From contig NC_073387.1 in assembly GCF_028641065.1 (NCBI RefSeq), forward strand, positions 21,638,001 through 21,702,000: 64,000 nucleotides of DNA. The letters run 5' to 3'. The stretch comes from Leucoraja erinacea. Its lineage: Eukaryota. Position 1 is the first letter of the stretch. The number at the start of each line of letters is the position of its first letter. Shown here piece after piece: positions 62,550 through 64,000 of this stretch. The notes beneath the pieces were generated by a model. The model worked only from the letters and a program-made list of their open reading frames with translations. It was not told the DNA's origin and searched no databases. The position numbers were made by a program, and so were the translations under genes.

Positions 62550-64000
62550 CTTCCACATGGATATTGACATTAAGAGGACCCCTATTCTTTCTTTCAACAA
62601 TAATATGGGGGACAACATCATTTGACTCAAAATGCAGACATTTCATGCCATTTGTCAAGTGTTGTTTAAACCAGAACAGTTAAAGATAATGCGAAAGATG
62701 TTTAAAGAATGGAATAGGTATTTGCAGGCAAGATCACGGCAGGATTTGTGGTCAGGCTTGTTGGAAGCATGCGTCGACTGCAATCGACTGTGCACTGGTT
62801 GACTGGAGACAATGTTGAGTTGGTTAGGTGAGATTTAGGTCAGATGTGCTGAACGGTGACCTCCAACTGGTGACTGCATTGTGCTATCCAATATGTAGGC
62901 AGAGAATTATAAAAAGCGGTTGGCTTGAGAGAATATGATTGACCACATTTCCCCCGTACCGGCCAGTCAGGAGTAGATACTATTAAAACGTGTCCAAGAG
63001 GACAATCAACATTTTCGTAGAGTGATTCATTTGGCAATTCAAGAAAAGTCTGACGTATGAAAAGAACACACGTTGGAACTGAGATATAGTACGTGCGAAG
63101 ATTCATGCAGCACCAACAATTCGTCACATGCCTGATGCATCAATTAAATCATATTCCTACATTAGTATCCAACACTTCGCTTTCACATTTTGTTTCCTGC
63201 AGGCCTGACGCAGAGCGAGTATCATCCGTCAGAATCACCGCAATTACTGGTTCGGGCTTCACGTGCCCCAAAATACTTTGCGGAGGACAAGTGGCGAGCG
63301 CGTCGCAGGAATCAAATAGCACTATTTGTATGTTTGATCAAGAAAATGGATCAACAAATTATCCCAAATATATCAACAACTGAAAATACTAAATAGACCT
63401 GTGCGTAAACTCCCAATGTTTCTCCCTTTATATGATTGGATCATCAGAGTCTGCAACGCAATATGATGACATGGTTTACATTAATCACCATTAATGCTAA
63501 TTGCAGCTCCCTTTTTTTTCTCCGCCTTGATATTTGAGACTTTTATTTTACGGTACGAAATGAAAATGATTTCAAAAGGCGAAGCAAAACCTTGTTACCA
63601 ATACACCCTCATTATATCTGATAGCGATTTTTTTTGCCCACTAAAAGCCATTAACTATGTATTTCTACAATAAATAAATATTATTATGCATTTTATGAGT
63701 ATTTATAAAATAATCAGTTATTAAGTGATCGAATGCTATCCCAGGATGTTCTGAGTTGCCTCTAATATAATTTAGATAACCCTGGAAACAAGTGGAAATG
63801 ATTGCACTTTCAGCGAAAATTGTGAATTTTCTGTATGATCAAACATACAGATTTGGCTGGTTCAATTCCTTCTGAATTTCCTCTTCTATGCAAGAAAGTG
63901 AACCATTAATATTTATTTTGCATTGCCAAGATAGTTTATAATATTTTTCTGCACTGTTCCAGTATTAAAATGACATCATCACTTCAAAGGCGCACCAGAG

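Noticed and set aside
62349-62683. Poly-Pro/poly-Gly ORFs and possible G-quadruplex at the poly-G run
   Set aside because: Homopolymer whose length is unreliable in assemblies; no supporting context.

Overview
Vertebrate genomic DNA, almost certainly a cartilaginous fish (skate/ray-like repeat families; inference). The window is part of a clustered protocadherin (Pcdh) locus on the minus strand. It holds six intact ~2.45-kb variable exons (signal peptide, EC1-EC6, TM, variable cytoplasmic domain). Each ends at a phase-0 GTGAGT splice donor and each has a CSE-type (CTCF) promoter element 213-268 bp upstream of its ATG. No recognisable constant exon is in the window. Exons 3-5 lie in a young ~9-kb tandem triplication (21606-49177) whose two internal junctions are the same 2-bp-microhomology join inside a CR1 LINE. 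In copy C the EC2-EC4 coding block is far more divergent from its sister copies than the surrounding non-coding DNA. Intergenic DNA is rich in CR1-type LINE fragments (one nested insertion), Rex1/Babar-like fragments, two tandem Helitron-like elements, Penelope-derived short repeats with a minimal hammerhead-ribozyme core, simple repeats and five N gaps.
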